Source of the DNA: an uncultured Actinomycetota bacterium
GTDB taxonomy: Bacteria > Actinomycetota > Actinomycetes > Mycobacteriales > Nakamurellaceae
DNA: 64,000 nucleotides
Direction: 5' to 3'
Assembly (NCBI GenBank): GCA_963700115.1
Contig: OY969473.1
Span: 2,499,446-2,563,445 of the forward strand
Both the position numbers and the translations under genes were made by a program. Below are positions 50,115-60,204 of the stretch, piece by piece; position 1 is the first letter of the stretch, and each line of letters starts with the position of its first letter. The notes below the pieces were generated by a model, which saw only the letters and a list, made by a program, of their open reading frames with translations, was not told where the DNA came from and did not search any database.

Positions 50115-51217
50115 CCGCGCTTGACGACGGTCCGGATGACGTCCGGCCGGCCGAGTGTGGTCCGCAGCCGGGCCACGGCGACCTCCACCGCATGCTCGTC
50201 CCGGGCGTCGCCGGGCAGTACGCCGAGCAGCTCGGCTCGGGTCAGCACCTGACCCGGCCGGGCCGAGAGTGCCCGCAGCAGCGCCATTCCCACCGGCGGC
50301 AGCGGGATCCAGCCGCCGTCCAGGACGACCCCGTGGCCGCGGATCTCCAGCACGCCCGAGCCCACCGGGACGACTCGGCCGGCACGCCGGGGCAGCTGCA
50401 GCACGATCTCGCGGACGAGCGCGCCGAGCCGGAACCGCTCGGGCTGCACCACCGGGATGCCCTCGCGTTCCAGCGGTCCCGCCGTCACCGTCCCGACGCA
50501 GGCGGCCAGCACGTCGCCGTGCAGAGCCTCCCGGACCGCCGCGCCGTGGCCATCGGCGTCGGCCGTCCGCAGGAAGTTCAACGATGCGGGCGCACTGGTG
50601 AAGGCCACCGCCTGCAGCTCACGGTCGAGCACCGCACTGATCAGCCGGCGCAGCGGCTGGACGTCCACCGGCGGTTCCCAGCGGTACACCGGCACCTCGA
50701 TGACGTGGGCGCCGGCGGCGACCAGCGTCTCGAGCATTCCCGGCAGCGGCTCGCCGTGGAGCTGCACCGCGATCCGCCGGCCGGCCAGCTCGTGGTGCTC
50801 GAGCAGGTGCTGCAGCACCTCCGACGACGATTCCGAGTCCGGTGACCACTCCTCCCGCAGCCCGGACGCCCGGATCGCGCCCTGCACCTTGGGTCCCCGG
50901 GCGAGCACGGTGGCCGCCGACAGCGCACCCAGCAACCCGTCCCGCAGACCCCAGGTGTCGGCGGCCTCGACCCAGCCGCGGTAGCCGATCGCGGTCGTGA
51001 CCACGACGAGGTCGAGCGGCTCCTCGATGCACGCCCGGGTCGCCGCCAGCAGGTCGGCGTCGTCGACCAGCGGCACGATGCGGATGGCCGGCCCGTACCG
51101 GACGGTGGCGCCACGCCGTTCCAGGGCGGCACCGAACTCCTCCCGCCGCCGGGCGGCGGTGATGCCGACGGTGAAGCCGGTCAGCGGCTCCACCGGTGCG
51201 GGGGCGGCGGCGCTCAC
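50087..51217 (-). CDS. Uroporphyrinogen-III-synthase-like domain + C-terminal winged helix (NnaR-like regulator)
   Basis: GITAARR, ARGPK, VYRW, FTSAP; C-terminal AVEVAVARLR..IRTVVKRGYRL. Confidence 0.85.
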   Translation of the reverse strand: MSAAAPAPVEPLTGFTVGITAARRREEFGAALERRGATVRYGPAIRIVPLVDDADLLAATRACIEEPLDLVVVTTAIGYRGWVEAADTWGLRDGLLGALSAATVLARGPKVQGAIRASGLREEWSPDSESSSEVLQHLLEHHELAGRRIAVQLHGEPLPGMLETLVAAGAHVIEVPVYRWEPPVDVQPLRRLISAVLDRELQAVAFTSAPASLNFLRTADADGHGAAVREALHGDVLAACVGTVTAGPLEREGIPVVQPERFRLGALVREIVLQLPRRAGRVVPVGSGVLEIRGHGVVLDGGWIPLPPVGMALLRALSARPGQVLTRAELLGVLPGDARDEHAVEVAVARLRTTLGRPDVIRTVVKRGYRLDVADR

Positions 51218-51240
51218 CGCCCGAGCCCGCCCGCCGGACA

Positions 51241-51308
51241 CGGTGCGGGGTGCATCGGTGCGGGGTGCATCGGTGCGGGGTGTATCGGTGTGGGGTGCAC
51301 GGGTGCGG
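51241..51308. repeat. About 4.5 copies of a 15-bp tandem repeat (CGGTGCGGGGTGCAT)
   Basis: Read directly upstream of the NnaR-like gene. Confidence 0.88.
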
Positions 51309-51462
51309 TCACGTCCTCCACGGTTGCTGCCCGCCGGCGGCGCCAGACGGAACCGGACCCGACGAGGGGCGTGGTCCGGAGCCCGATGGTCCCGTCCGCG
51401 TGTACCGACGGGGCGTCGGCGACGTTACGGAAGCATGACGTGACCGCGTGTCGGGGTGCCAC

Positions 51463-52128
51463 TCAGCCCACGTGGCGCCGGTCGGGGGCACTGGGCGGCA
51501 CCTCGTCGGCGGTGTACTCCGCGGCCGCGTCCTGCTGTTCCTGCTTCTCCTCGATCTTGCGCTTGACCCGGCCGAGCCCGGGAACCGAACCGATGAGCTC
51601 GTTGAGCTCCTTCGACACGTCCAACAGATCCCGCAGGTCCGGCGCCACGGTGGCGAGAGTGTCCAGGACGGGAAGGATGTCGGCGTCGAGCTTGTCGACG
51701 ATCCCGGGCAGCGCGTCGATCAGCTGCACCACGGCGTCCACCTCCGTCGCACTCGTGGTGTCGACCAGGCGGGCCACCAGCGGCTCCAACCGCTGCAGCA
51801 GCGGCTGGTAGCGGTCCACCAGCGGCTCGACGCGGTTCACCAACTGCGACGAGCGGTCGATCACGCCCTCGGTGCGCTCGACGAGGCCGCTGGTGGCGTC
51901 CAGCACACCGTCGACCCGCTCGGAGACACGGTCCACCCGGGCGACCGCAGCGGCGGCCTGCCGCTGGGTCTCCTCGATCGCGGTGATCACCCGGTCCACC
52001 CGGCGCAGCACGCCCTCGACCTGCCCGACGACGGTGACCAGCTGCGGCACCAGTCCGATCGCCCGCTGGATCGCCTCGTACCCCTGCTCGGTGATGCGGA
52101 ACAGGTCACCCGGTCCGGGAAGTCGCAC
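51463..52128 (-). CDS. Hypothetical helical/coiled-coil protein
   Basis: Amphipathic repeats, ILPVLDTLATVAPDLRDLL, VPGLG; GAGGTGG RBS. Confidence 0.75.
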   Translation of the reverse strand: MRLPGPGDLFRITEQGYEAIQRAIGLVPQLVTVVGQVEGVLRRVDRVITAIEETQRQAAAAVARVDRVSERVDGVLDATSGLVERTEGVIDRSSQLVNRVEPLVDRYQPLLQRLEPLVARLVDTTSATEVDAVVQLIDALPGIVDKLDADILPVLDTLATVAPDLRDLLDVSKELNELIGSVPGLGRVKRKIEEKQEQQDAAAEYTADEVPPSAPDRRHVG

Positions 52129-52382
52129 GCGCCCACCTCGTCGCCTCGGCCGGGCCTGCGCAGGTGCGTCCCGACGCCGAGGTCGAGGCTAACCGCTGGG
52201 GCCGTCGGCGGGGCACCGGCACCACCGGTGAAGCACCGTCGCGACCGCCGACCCGGGCCCCGTGCAGGGATGCGGTCGGCGACGGGCACAACGGGGTACC
52301 TGACGTGCACCAGTGCTCCTGCCCGGAAGGCCGTCCCGATGCTGCATGACCCGACCCTCCCCCGCCCGACCGGGGCCCGACG

Positions 52383-53397
52383 ATGACCGCGCCGCCCACG
52401 GTGCTGATCACCGGCGCGTCCAGCGGGATCGGCCTGGCCACCGCACGCGAGTTCGCGGGCCTCGGCGCTCGCCTCGTTCTGGTGTCGCGGTCCCCCGAGG
52501 CGCTCGCAGTGGCCGCAGCGACCTGCCGAGCCCGGGGGGCCGACGTACTCACCGTGCCGGCCGACATCGGGACGGGATCCGCGGTGGACGCGGCGTTCAC
52601 GGGCGCAGTGGAGCGTTTCGGCCGCATCGATGTCGTCGTGAACTCGGCGGCCACCATCGCCTACGGCCGGTTCGTCGATGTCCCTGCGGAGGTCTTCGAC
52701 CGGGTGCTGCAGACCAACCTGACCGGCGCCGCCAATGTCGCCCGGGCGGCGCTGCGTCACTTCGAGAGCCGCGGCGGCGGTGATCTGATCCTGGTCGGAT
52801 CGTTGCTGGGCAAGATCGCGGTGCCGACGATGGGCAGCTACGTGACCGGGAAGTGGGCCGTCCACGGGTTGGCCCGCATCCTGCAGCTGGAGGCCCGTCA
52901 GATGGACAACGTCCGGGTCAGCCTGATCTCACCCGGCAGCGTCAACACCCCGGTCTACTCCCAGGCGGCGAACTACGTCGGCTGGGAGGGCCGGCCGCCG
53001 CCGCCGGTGGACCCGCCGGAGAAGGTCGCCCGGGCCATCGTGGCCGCCGTCGGGCGCCAGCACCGGGACCGCTCGGTGGGCCTGGCCAACGAGCTGGTCG
53101 TGCTGGGGTTCCGGGCGCTGCCCGCCGTCTACGACCTGCTGGTCACGCCACTGGTCAAGCTGGCCGTGCACTCACGGACCGCGGTCGAGCCGTCGGCCGG
53201 GCAACGTGATGGCACCCCGCCCCGCCGGCGAGGCCGAGCACGGCAGGTGGGGGCGGCACTGGCTGCGTGGCGTCACGGCCGGCTCGGTCGCGATGGCCGG
53301 CGGTCTCGCGGGGGCGCTGCTGCGGCGCCGGTCAGCGGGTGAGCAGCCGGTCCCAGGCGGTGCGGCTGAGCCGGCGCCGGAGCGCACCGGTGCGTGA
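52383..53397 (+). CDS. Short-chain dehydrogenase, frameshifted near 53200
   Basis: TGASSGIG, YVTGK, PGSVNTP. Confidence 0.87.
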
Positions 53398-54921
53398 TGC
53401 AGCGCCCAGCGCGGAGCGAGCCGCGTTCCAGCCGCACGCGCCGTGCACGCCGCCGCCGGGATGGGCGGACGCACTCGCCAGGTAGAGCCCCTCGATCGGT
53501 GTCTCCGGTCGGCCGAGTCCGATGGTCGGCCGGAACACCAGTTGCTGGTGGAGGGCCGAGGTGCCGCCGTTGACCGCACCGCCGACCAGGTTCGCGTCCT
53601 CGTGCTCGAGGTCCCCGGGGGTCTGGACGTGCCGGGCGATCACGGTCTCGCGAAACCCGGGCGCGACCGTCTCGAGGTGGTCCTCGATGCGGTCGACCTG
53701 AGTGGCGAGCTCGTCCGCAGAGGCCCCCGAAGGCACGTGGGTGTAGGCCCAGGCGGACTCGGTGCCGGCGGGTGAACGGGTCGGGTCGGCCGTGGTCATC
53801 TGCCCGAACAGCGTGAACGGGTGCGCCGGCATCCGGCCGACCGACAGATCCGCGGCCATGTCCACGAAACCGTCCAGATCGACCCCGAGGTGCACGGTTC
53901 CGGCCCGCCGGGCCTCGGATGCCCGCCAGGACACCGGCCGGGCCAGCGCCCAGTTGACCTTCAGCGTCGGGTTGTCCCACTGGAAGCGGTCGAGGTCGGC
54001 CCGCAGCTGCGGCGACAGCCGTTCCGCTCCCACCAGGTCCCGGTAGAGGACCGGGGCCGCCACGTCGGCGAGGACCGCCCGCCGGGCTCGCACGAAGCCG
54101 CCGTCCGCGGTCCGCACCCCGACGGCGCGTCCGCCCACGACCGGGATCGAGGTGACCCGGGCGCCGGTGCGTACCTGGCCGCCGGCGGCCACGAAGCGGG
54201 ATTCCAGGGCCCGCGCCAGGTTCTGCGCCCCGCCCTGCGGGACCGGGAACCCGACGTCCTGGCCCAGCATGCTGAGCAACCAGCCGAACACCCCGCTACC
54301 GGCCGCGTCCGGGGGCACGTCGCTGTGCATCGCATTCCCGGTCAGCAGCAGGGCGGCGCCCGCGCCGTCGAAGTTCTCCGTCGAGAGCCGGCGCACCGGC
54401 AGCAGCGCGAGCCGCGCCAGGTCGAGCAGCCCCCCCACCCCTAGCCGGCGCAGCAGACCGACGACGGCCCGCACCGGCGGGATCGGGGTGAAGAGGGCGT
54501 CGAGCAAGGGGTCGCGCACCCGCTGCCACTGCTCGAACATCGCCATCCACGCGGCTCCGTCACCGGACGCGAACGAGTCCAGGCCCGCAGCCGTATCGGT
54601 GACGTCGCGGTGCAGCACGGCCGCCCGGCCGTCCGGGAGGGCGTGCGCCAACACGGCGTCCGCCTGCACCCAGGTCAGCCCGTGCGCGCCGAGGTCGAGA
54701 TCGCGGATCACCGGTGAGGCCACCGCCAGCGGGTAGAAGGCGCTGTAGAGGTCGTTGAGATACCCGGGGGCCGTCACCTCGGCCGTGCGGACCGCGCCGC
54801 CGGTGGTGTCGTTGGCCTCCAGCAGCAGGACGTCCCAGCCGGCGTCGGCGAGCGCGTTCGCCGCCACCAGCCCGTTGGGTCCGGCCCCGACGACCACCGC
54901 GTCCACTACCTGTTCCGCCAT
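53332..54921 (-). CDS. Phytoene-dehydrogenase-like FAD oxidoreductase (COG1233)
   Basis: VGAGPNGL, GGAVRT, GGAVNGG, ASASAHPGGGVHGACG. Confidence 0.88.
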   Translation of the reverse strand: MAEQVVDAVVVGAGPNGLVAANALADAGWDVLLLEANDTTGGAVRTAEVTAPGYLNDLYSAFYPLAVASPVIRDLDLGAHGLTWVQADAVLAHALPDGRAAVLHRDVTDTAAGLDSFASGDGAAWMAMFEQWQRVRDPLLDALFTPIPPVRAVVGLLRRLGVGGLLDLARLALLPVRRLSTENFDGAGAALLLTGNAMHSDVPPDAAGSGVFGWLLSMLGQDVGFPVPQGGAQNLARALESRFVAAGGQVRTGARVTSIPVVGGRAVGVRTADGGFVRARRAVLADVAAPVLYRDLVGAERLSPQLRADLDRFQWDNPTLKVNWALARPVSWRASEARRAGTVHLGVDLDGFVDMAADLSVGRMPAHPFTLFGQMTTADPTRSPAGTESAWAYTHVPSGASADELATQVDRIEDHLETVAPGFRETVIARHVQTPGDLEHEDANLVGGAVNGGTSALHQQLVFRPTIGLGRPETPIEGLYLASASAHPGGGVHGACGWNAARSALGAASRTGALRRRLSRTAWDRLLTR

Positions 54922-55171
54922 GCCGTTCCCACCGCCGCGATGTCCCGGGTCGACCTCCGCCGCCCGCGGCGGCTCGACGTCGGTTCCCGGCCGGACCGCA
55001 GTCCTATACCCAGCCCGCGCACCACCACCGCCGACCGGGGCGGATCCCGGGTCCTTCGCTCGGGCCGGCGCCGTCGCCGACGTGCCGGCGCTCGACCGCT
55101 TCTCCGGACGGCACACTGGACCGGACCACCCGACCGCTCGGACGGGTGTGGATGCGACTGTGGGTGGCGGC

Positions 55172-55624
55172 ATGACCGGTGGTTCGGGGGACGGCTGGAC
55201 GAGCTGCGCGGCCGGACACCGCCACTGGGGCCGTTTCGGGGCCGCCGGCCTGATGGTGACCACCCCAGGCCACCTGCTGCTGCAGTTGCGCAGCCCGTGG
55301 ACCCATCACGGCGGGACCTGGAGCGTGCCCGGCGGTGCTCGCGACCGTGACGAGGACGTCGTCACCGCTGCGCTCCGGGAGGCCTCGGAGGAGCTGGCGG
55401 TGCCGGTCGACGCGGTGACGGTCACCGGTACCGACGTCGACGATCACGGCGGGTGGAGCTACACCACGGTGCTCGCGCACCCCCGGGTCCGGTTGAGCCT
55501 GAGGGGCAACGACGAGACCGAGGCCGTGCGGTGGGTGCCCTGGGACGAGGTCGAGCGCCTTCCGCTGCACCCCGGTTTCCGGGCCGGCTGGCCCCGGCTG
55601 CACGGGCTCCTCGCGACCTCGTGA
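55172..55624 (+). CDS. NUDIX hydrolase
   Basis: HWGRFGAAG, PGGA-x7-AALREASEE, LHPGF. Confidence 0.88.
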   Translation: MTGGSGDGWTSCAAGHRHWGRFGAAGLMVTTPGHLLLQLRSPWTHHGGTWSVPGGARDRDEDVVTAALREASEELAVPVDAVTVTGTDVDDHGGWSYTTVLAHPRVRLSLRGNDETEAVRWVPWDEVERLPLHPGFRAGWPRLHGLLATS

Positions 55625-55900
55625 ACCAGCGGCGAGGCCACCCACGCGGCCCATCGGCTCGCAGGTGCGGCATCGAAGGAGATGTGATGGGCGGGCACGG
55701 CATCACCGAGGCCGGCGGGAACCCGATGAACCCGGCCCATGACGCGACGGACACGGGCTCGGGTCGCGGCGCCGGCCGTGTCGTCGACCGGCTCGGACGG
55801 CTCGGTGCTGACCGGCGCGGCCGGGCCGGTCGCGGCGAACCTGTTCGTCAGCGCGCCCGGCCAGCGGGCGTGAGGACGCCGTGAGCTGCCGGCGGATCCC

Positions 55901-56620
55901 ATGACACACCGGCATGACTGGGCGCCGGTCCGCGCCGCGTACGACACCGTGGCGGCGGACTACGCCGAGCTGGTCCGCCTGGACGAGGCCGAGACTGCCC
56001 GGGACCGAGCACTCCTCGACGACTTCGCCGACCGCGTTCGCGGCCGGGGGCCGGTGCTCGATGCCGGTTGCGGCGCCGGCCGGCTGACCCGCCACCTCAG
56101 CGACTCCGGCGTCGACGCCACCGGCGTGGACCTGTCCCCGGCAATGATCCGCACCGCCCGCGGGCGCCACCCGGACCTCACCTTCAGCGTGGCCAGTCTC
56201 GACGACCTGCCGGCACCGGAGTGCACCTACGCCGGGGTGCTGGCCTGGTACTCGGTCATCCACACCGCACCCGACCTGCTGCCCGTGGTGTGCGGCGAAC
56301 TGCTCCGGGTGCTCCGGCCCGGCGGCTGGCTGCTCGTCGCCGGCCAGAGCGGTGCGGGTCCGCGGCACATCCCGCACGCCTACGGACACGACCTCGACCT
56401 CACGGCGCACCTGTACACGGCCGACGCGATCGCCGACGCGATCGCGGACCGGGGCGGGCTCGTCCACGTCCGGTCGACGCGGGGACCGGAAGGACAGGAA
56501 CGCCGGCCGCAGGCCTTCGTCCTCGCCCGCCGTCCCCTGGTCGACACCGACGCCACACCGGCGCCGGACAAGGCCGACCACCGAACGGGATCGCTACCCT
56601 GGGCGGGGGGCCCGAAGTGA
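55901..56620 (+). CDS. Class I SAM-dependent methyltransferase
   Basis: AYDTVAADY, VLDAGCGAG, GVDLS, LRPGG. Confidence 0.9.
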   Translation: MTHRHDWAPVRAAYDTVAADYAELVRLDEAETARDRALLDDFADRVRGRGPVLDAGCGAGRLTRHLSDSGVDATGVDLSPAMIRTARGRHPDLTFSVASLDDLPAPECTYAGVLAWYSVIHTAPDLLPVVCGELLRVLRPGGWLLVAGQSGAGPRHIPHAYGHDLDLTAHLYTADAIADAIADRGGLVHVRSTRGPEGQERRPQAFVLARRPLVDTDATPAPDKADHRTGSLPWAGGPK

Positions 56621-56647
56621 CCTCTCCGACATCAGAATGAGGATCAC

Positions 56648-57520
56648 GTGCTCCACGAGTCCAGGCCGTCGCAGCCGTCCGTCACCGATGGGCTCGCACC
56701 GTCCACGCCCGGTACGTCCGCGGGGGGCGCCATTTCCGGGGTGTCCCGGCGTCTCGTCCGGGTCGGCTGGTGGGACCTGCAGGTGGAGGTCCGGCGTGGC
56801 GATCCCGGCCGCGTGCCGCTGCTGATGTTCGGCGGGATCGGCGCCGCTCTGGACGTTCTCGGCCCACTGGTCGACGCGATCGACGCCGACGTGACGGTCA
56901 TCCGGGTCGACGTGCCGGGCATCGGCGGATCACCGGCCAGCGTGCCGCTGCCCATCCCGGTGCTCGCCGGCCTGATGTCGGGGATGCTGGACACCCTGGA
57001 GTTCGGTGCGGTGGACGTCCTGGGCTACTCCTGGGGCGGTGCGCTCGCGCAGCAGTTCGCGATCCAGCACCCGACCCGCTGCCGGCGGCTCGTGCTGATG
57101 AGCACCAACACCGGGTCGCTCTCGGTGCTGCCCGAACCGTCGATCCTGGCGAAGATGTTCGTCCCCCGTCGGGTGGACGACGCCGCCCAGGCTGCCCGGC
57201 TGGACGACCACCTCGCCGACGACCTCCGGACCGCGATTGCCGGCGCGTCGGCCGGCGACGGCGGGAGTGTGGGTTGGTGGGGCTACCTCACGCAGCTCGG
57301 CGCCCTGATGGCGTGGTCCAGCCTGCCGTTCCTGCCGTTCCTGACCCAGCCGACGTTGGTGATCAGTGGCGCCGACGACCCGATCATCCCGGTGGCCAAC
57401 GCGCGCCTGCTGGCCGAGACCATCCCGCACGCCACCCTGGCCGTGGTCCCCGGCGGGCACTTCGGGATCGTCCACGCTGCCCCCGATCTGGGCGCGCGGG
57501 TCAGCCGGTTCCTGGTGTGA
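56648..57520 (+). CDS. Alpha/beta hydrolase (PHA-depolymerase-like)
   Basis: GIGA, DVPGIGGS, GYSWGG nucleophile, G.DDPI, GGH. Confidence 0.85.
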   Translation: MLHESRPSQPSVTDGLAPSTPGTSAGGAISGVSRRLVRVGWWDLQVEVRRGDPGRVPLLMFGGIGAALDVLGPLVDAIDADVTVIRVDVPGIGGSPASVPLPIPVLAGLMSGMLDTLEFGAVDVLGYSWGGALAQQFAIQHPTRCRRLVLMSTNTGSLSVLPEPSILAKMFVPRRVDDAAQAARLDDHLADDLRTAIAGASAGDGGSVGWWGYLTQLGALMAWSSLPFLPFLTQPTLVISGADDPIIPVANARLLAETIPHATLAVVPGGHFGIVHAAPDLGARVSRFLV

Positions 57521-57754
57521 GGATCATGTCCACGGTGACATCCGCCGACTCCGATGGAAGCTCCCCGCCACCGGGACGATGAGCTTCCGGTGGGTGCCAT
57601 CCGGTGGTGGATGCGCGGCACGGTCCAGCGATGCCCAGGCCGGTACTCACATCGCCGAGCAAGACCTGGCAGGGGTGGGGCACCACGGGAGCGGGCCGGG
57701 CGACCACAGGCGGTCGTCCGCTTGCAACGGCCGGTGACTGGGCAGGTTCCCGGC

Positions 57755-58433
57755 ATGACTGATCTGAACAACAGACGGGTGCTGGTCGTCGGCGCGAGTG
57801 GGGGGCTCGGAGGAGCGATCGCCAGGGCCCTGGCCGCGGCCGGGGCGACGGTGGTGCTGCACGGCCGGGATGCCGATCGACTCGCCGCTGTGGGACTGGA
57901 CGGCGCCGAGGTGCACCAGGCCGATCTCCGCGAACCCGGTGGTCCCGCCGCGCTGATCGAGGCGGTGGCTGCGGACGGGCTGGACGGGGTGGTGATCGCC
58001 TCCGGCGTGGTCGCGTTCGGGCCGGTCGGTGACGTCACCGATGACCTCTGCCGACGAACTGATGGCAGTCAACTTCACCGCCCCCCAGCAGCTGATCCGG
58101 GCAGCGCTGAACCGGCTTCCCGCCGGCGGCTTCCTGGTCAGCATCAGTGCGATCGTCGCCGAGATGCCGACGGCCGGCATGTCCGCGTACTCCGCCAGCA
58201 AGGCCGCCCTGAGCGCGTTCACGGTGGCCGCCCGGATCGAGTCCCGCCGCCGCAAGATCCGGGTTGTCGACGCCCGGCCGCCGCACACCGAGACCGGACT
58301 GGCCGATCGGCCCATCGCCGGCACCGCGCCGCACCTGGCCGCCGGCCTCGCCCCGGAGGCGGTCGCCGCCCGCATCGTCCGCGCCATTCTCGACGACGAG
58401 ACGGAGTTGCCGTCCTCGGCATTCACCGGCTGA
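57755..58433 (+). CDS. Short-chain dehydrogenase, frameshifted near 58048
   Basis: GASGGLG, SGVVAFG; then YSASK, DARPPHTETGL. Confidence 0.85.
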
Positions 58434-58441
58434 CGGCTCCC

Positions 58442-58467
58442 GTTTGGCTCGCGGGAACTCCGGGTAC
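58442..58467 (+). promoter_or_regulatory. SigF/SigB-type general-stress promoter
   Basis: GTTT-N16-GGGTAC, about 145 nt upstream of 58612. Confidence 0.55.
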
Positions 58468-58611
58468 CGTGTGCGATGTACCGACAACCGATGCGCTGCA
58501 ACGGTCTTCGCTTCATCACCCGCTCCGGCGGGGAAGCTGCCCGTCGCCGGACGTCCGCTGGACGAACGGTGCAGACCTGCGGTGTCACCCACCCGCGAGA
58601 GAGGATCCACC

Positions 58612-58833
58612 ATGGCTGACGAAACCGCTCCGATGGAAGGCCAGGGCAGCAACTTCGCCGACATCGGCAAGGAGATGTGGTCGTTCCTGACCGGTCGCCA
58701 CGCTGCGATCAACTACCAGTTCGTCGATCTGAACATCGAGGTGCCGCGGAGCACCGGTGCCGACGCGCCCCGGGCCACCTGGAAGCTGAACGGCACCCTG
58801 CGCATCACCACCGAAGAGGGCGCGGCAACCTGA
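58612..58833 (+). CDS. Small hypothetical protein (73 aa)
   Basis: GAGGA RBS; LTGR.A.I.Y.F....EVP..G..A..A.WKLNGTL; GC-rich third codon positions. Confidence 0.8.
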   Translation: MADETAPMEGQGSNFADIGKEMWSFLTGRHAAINYQFVDLNIEVPRSTGADAPRATWKLNGTLRITTEEGAAT

Positions 58834-59258
58834 TGCCCGGTCGGACCCGCACGCTCGTCGTGCAGGCCGACGTCCGCATGGTCCTGAACGGGCACCCGGC
58901 GCACCTCACCGGGTCCGGTCAGGACCTGCGGATCAGCACGGACGCGCCCGCCGCGGTCTGGGCGGAGGTGTCGAAGGCGGAACTGCCGTCCGGCCTCGGC
59001 CGGGTCAACGGACCGCGAGCCGTCGGACGCCTGGCCGATGAGCTGGCCGACCAGGGTCTGGCCGTTTCGGTGGTCGGTCCGACCGGCGAGGTCGTCCGGC
59101 TCGGAGCGCGGGTGTCGTCCCGACTGGGACGGATCGCGACCGGGAGCGCGGCAGTGCACTTCGGCACGCCGCGCACGCTCGCCCCCACGGTGGTGCAGCT
59201 CGTGCGGCAGGCCGGTACCGGACTGATCGAGCAGCTGCGGCGGCGACGGCGTCGCTGA
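58833..59258 (+). CDS. Hypothetical protein (141 aa), translationally coupled
   Basis: TGATG overlap with the preceding gene; followed by a hairpin. Confidence 0.75.
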   Translation: MPGRTRTLVVQADVRMVLNGHPAHLTGSGQDLRISTDAPAAVWAEVSKAELPSGLGRVNGPRAVGRLADELADQGLAVSVVGPTGEVVRLGARVSSRLGRIATGSAAVHFGTPRTLAPTVVQLVRQAGTGLIEQLRRRRRR

Positions 59259-59286
59259 CGCTGCGCGCGCCCGCACCAGACGACAG

Positions 59287-59316
59287 CGCCGCCGACAGGA
59301 TCTCCTGTCGGCGGCG
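59287..59316. terminator. Perfect hairpin between convergent genes
   Basis: cgccgccgacagga-tc-tcctgtcggcggcg. Confidence 0.75.
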
Positions 59317-59358
59317 TTGATCTGTCCGTGTTCCGGGGTGCCCGGTGACGTCTCCCGG

Positions 59359-60054
59359 TCACCGGGTCCGGGCGTTGGACGCAGCCACCGGGACCAGCAC
59401 CATGATCGAGACACCGACCACCAGGTTGATCAGGGCCAGCGCCAGCTGGGAGCCGACGGCCACCGGGGCGGCGAAGGGCAGCAGCACCGTCAGTGCCACC
59501 AGCAGCCCGGTGAGCCAGCCGTAGTAGATCGCCGGCCGCGGCGCGAACGCCACCATCCCGTCGTAGGCCAGTGCCGCGAGCAGTGCGACCACGGCAGCGA
59601 GCAGACCGTAGGTCGTGACGTGGGCCCCGGCCAGACCGATCGAGGCCAGCGACACCGGCACCTTGAGCAGGTCCTGCGCGATCACCAGCCCGATCACCCC
59701 GGCCAGGGCGGCGACCCCGGAGGTCAGCACCGCACCGACCCAGAAGCGGCCCTGGTCCACGACGCGGAAGCGGCTGGTCCGACGGACCTCGGCGGCGTCG
59801 ATCCACTGCTGGGTGCTGCCCGACGTGACGTCGACAGGCTCGACGCGACGGGCCGGCGTCGGGATCGGGCGGCCGTGAGTGTCGGCCACCGGGAACTCCT
59901 GCGTCGACCGCGACTCCACGGTCCAGGACCGCGCGTCGTCGGAACGGCGGGGGTCCCAGGCGGTGGCGCGCTGCGAACGGTCGTCGCCCCCGCGGTCGGA
60001 ACCGTTGGTGGTGAGGGACTTCCACTGCTGATCGGGGCTGACGATGGTGGACAT
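59359..60054 (-). CDS. DUF6069-like four-TM membrane protein
   Basis: VD.GR.W.G.V.T..VAAL, APRP..YYGW, LINL; disordered N-terminus. Confidence 0.7.
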   Translation of the reverse strand: MSTIVSPDQQWKSLTTNGSDRGGDDRSQRATAWDPRRSDDARSWTVESRSTQEFPVADTHGRPIPTPARRVEPVDVTSGSTQQWIDAAEVRRTSRFRVVDQGRFWVGAVLTSGVAALAGVIGLVIAQDLLKVPVSLASIGLAGAHVTTYGLLAAVVALLAALAYDGMVAFAPRPAIYYGWLTGLLVALTVLLPFAAPVAVGSQLALALINLVVGVSIMVLVPVAASNARTR

Positions 60055-60204
60055 TGCGGAACCTTCTTCTCTGTGTCCGGCACTCCCTCGGCCGGCTGAG
60101 ATCAATACTCGGCCCGGTCCGCGCTCCGCACCGTCGGCCGGCCGGCCGGTCCACCGGGGGGTTCACCGTTCCACCGACCGGTGGACCGTGATGTCCACCA
60201 ACGC

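Noticed and set aside
51420-51446. GlnR box upstream of the NnaR-like gene
   Set aside because: GTNAC half-sites are present but the spacing and b-site do not fit.
53332-54921. Second crtI or crtD belonging to the carotenoid cluster
   Set aside because: Motifs fit the broad COG1233 subfamily, and it lies about 12 kb from the cluster.
55625-55873. Small ORF or ROK-protein remnant
   Set aside because: Only a faint resemblance; no supportable call.
60147-60188. 11-bp inverted repeat as a response-regulator site
   Set aside because: Equally explained as the kinase gene terminator.
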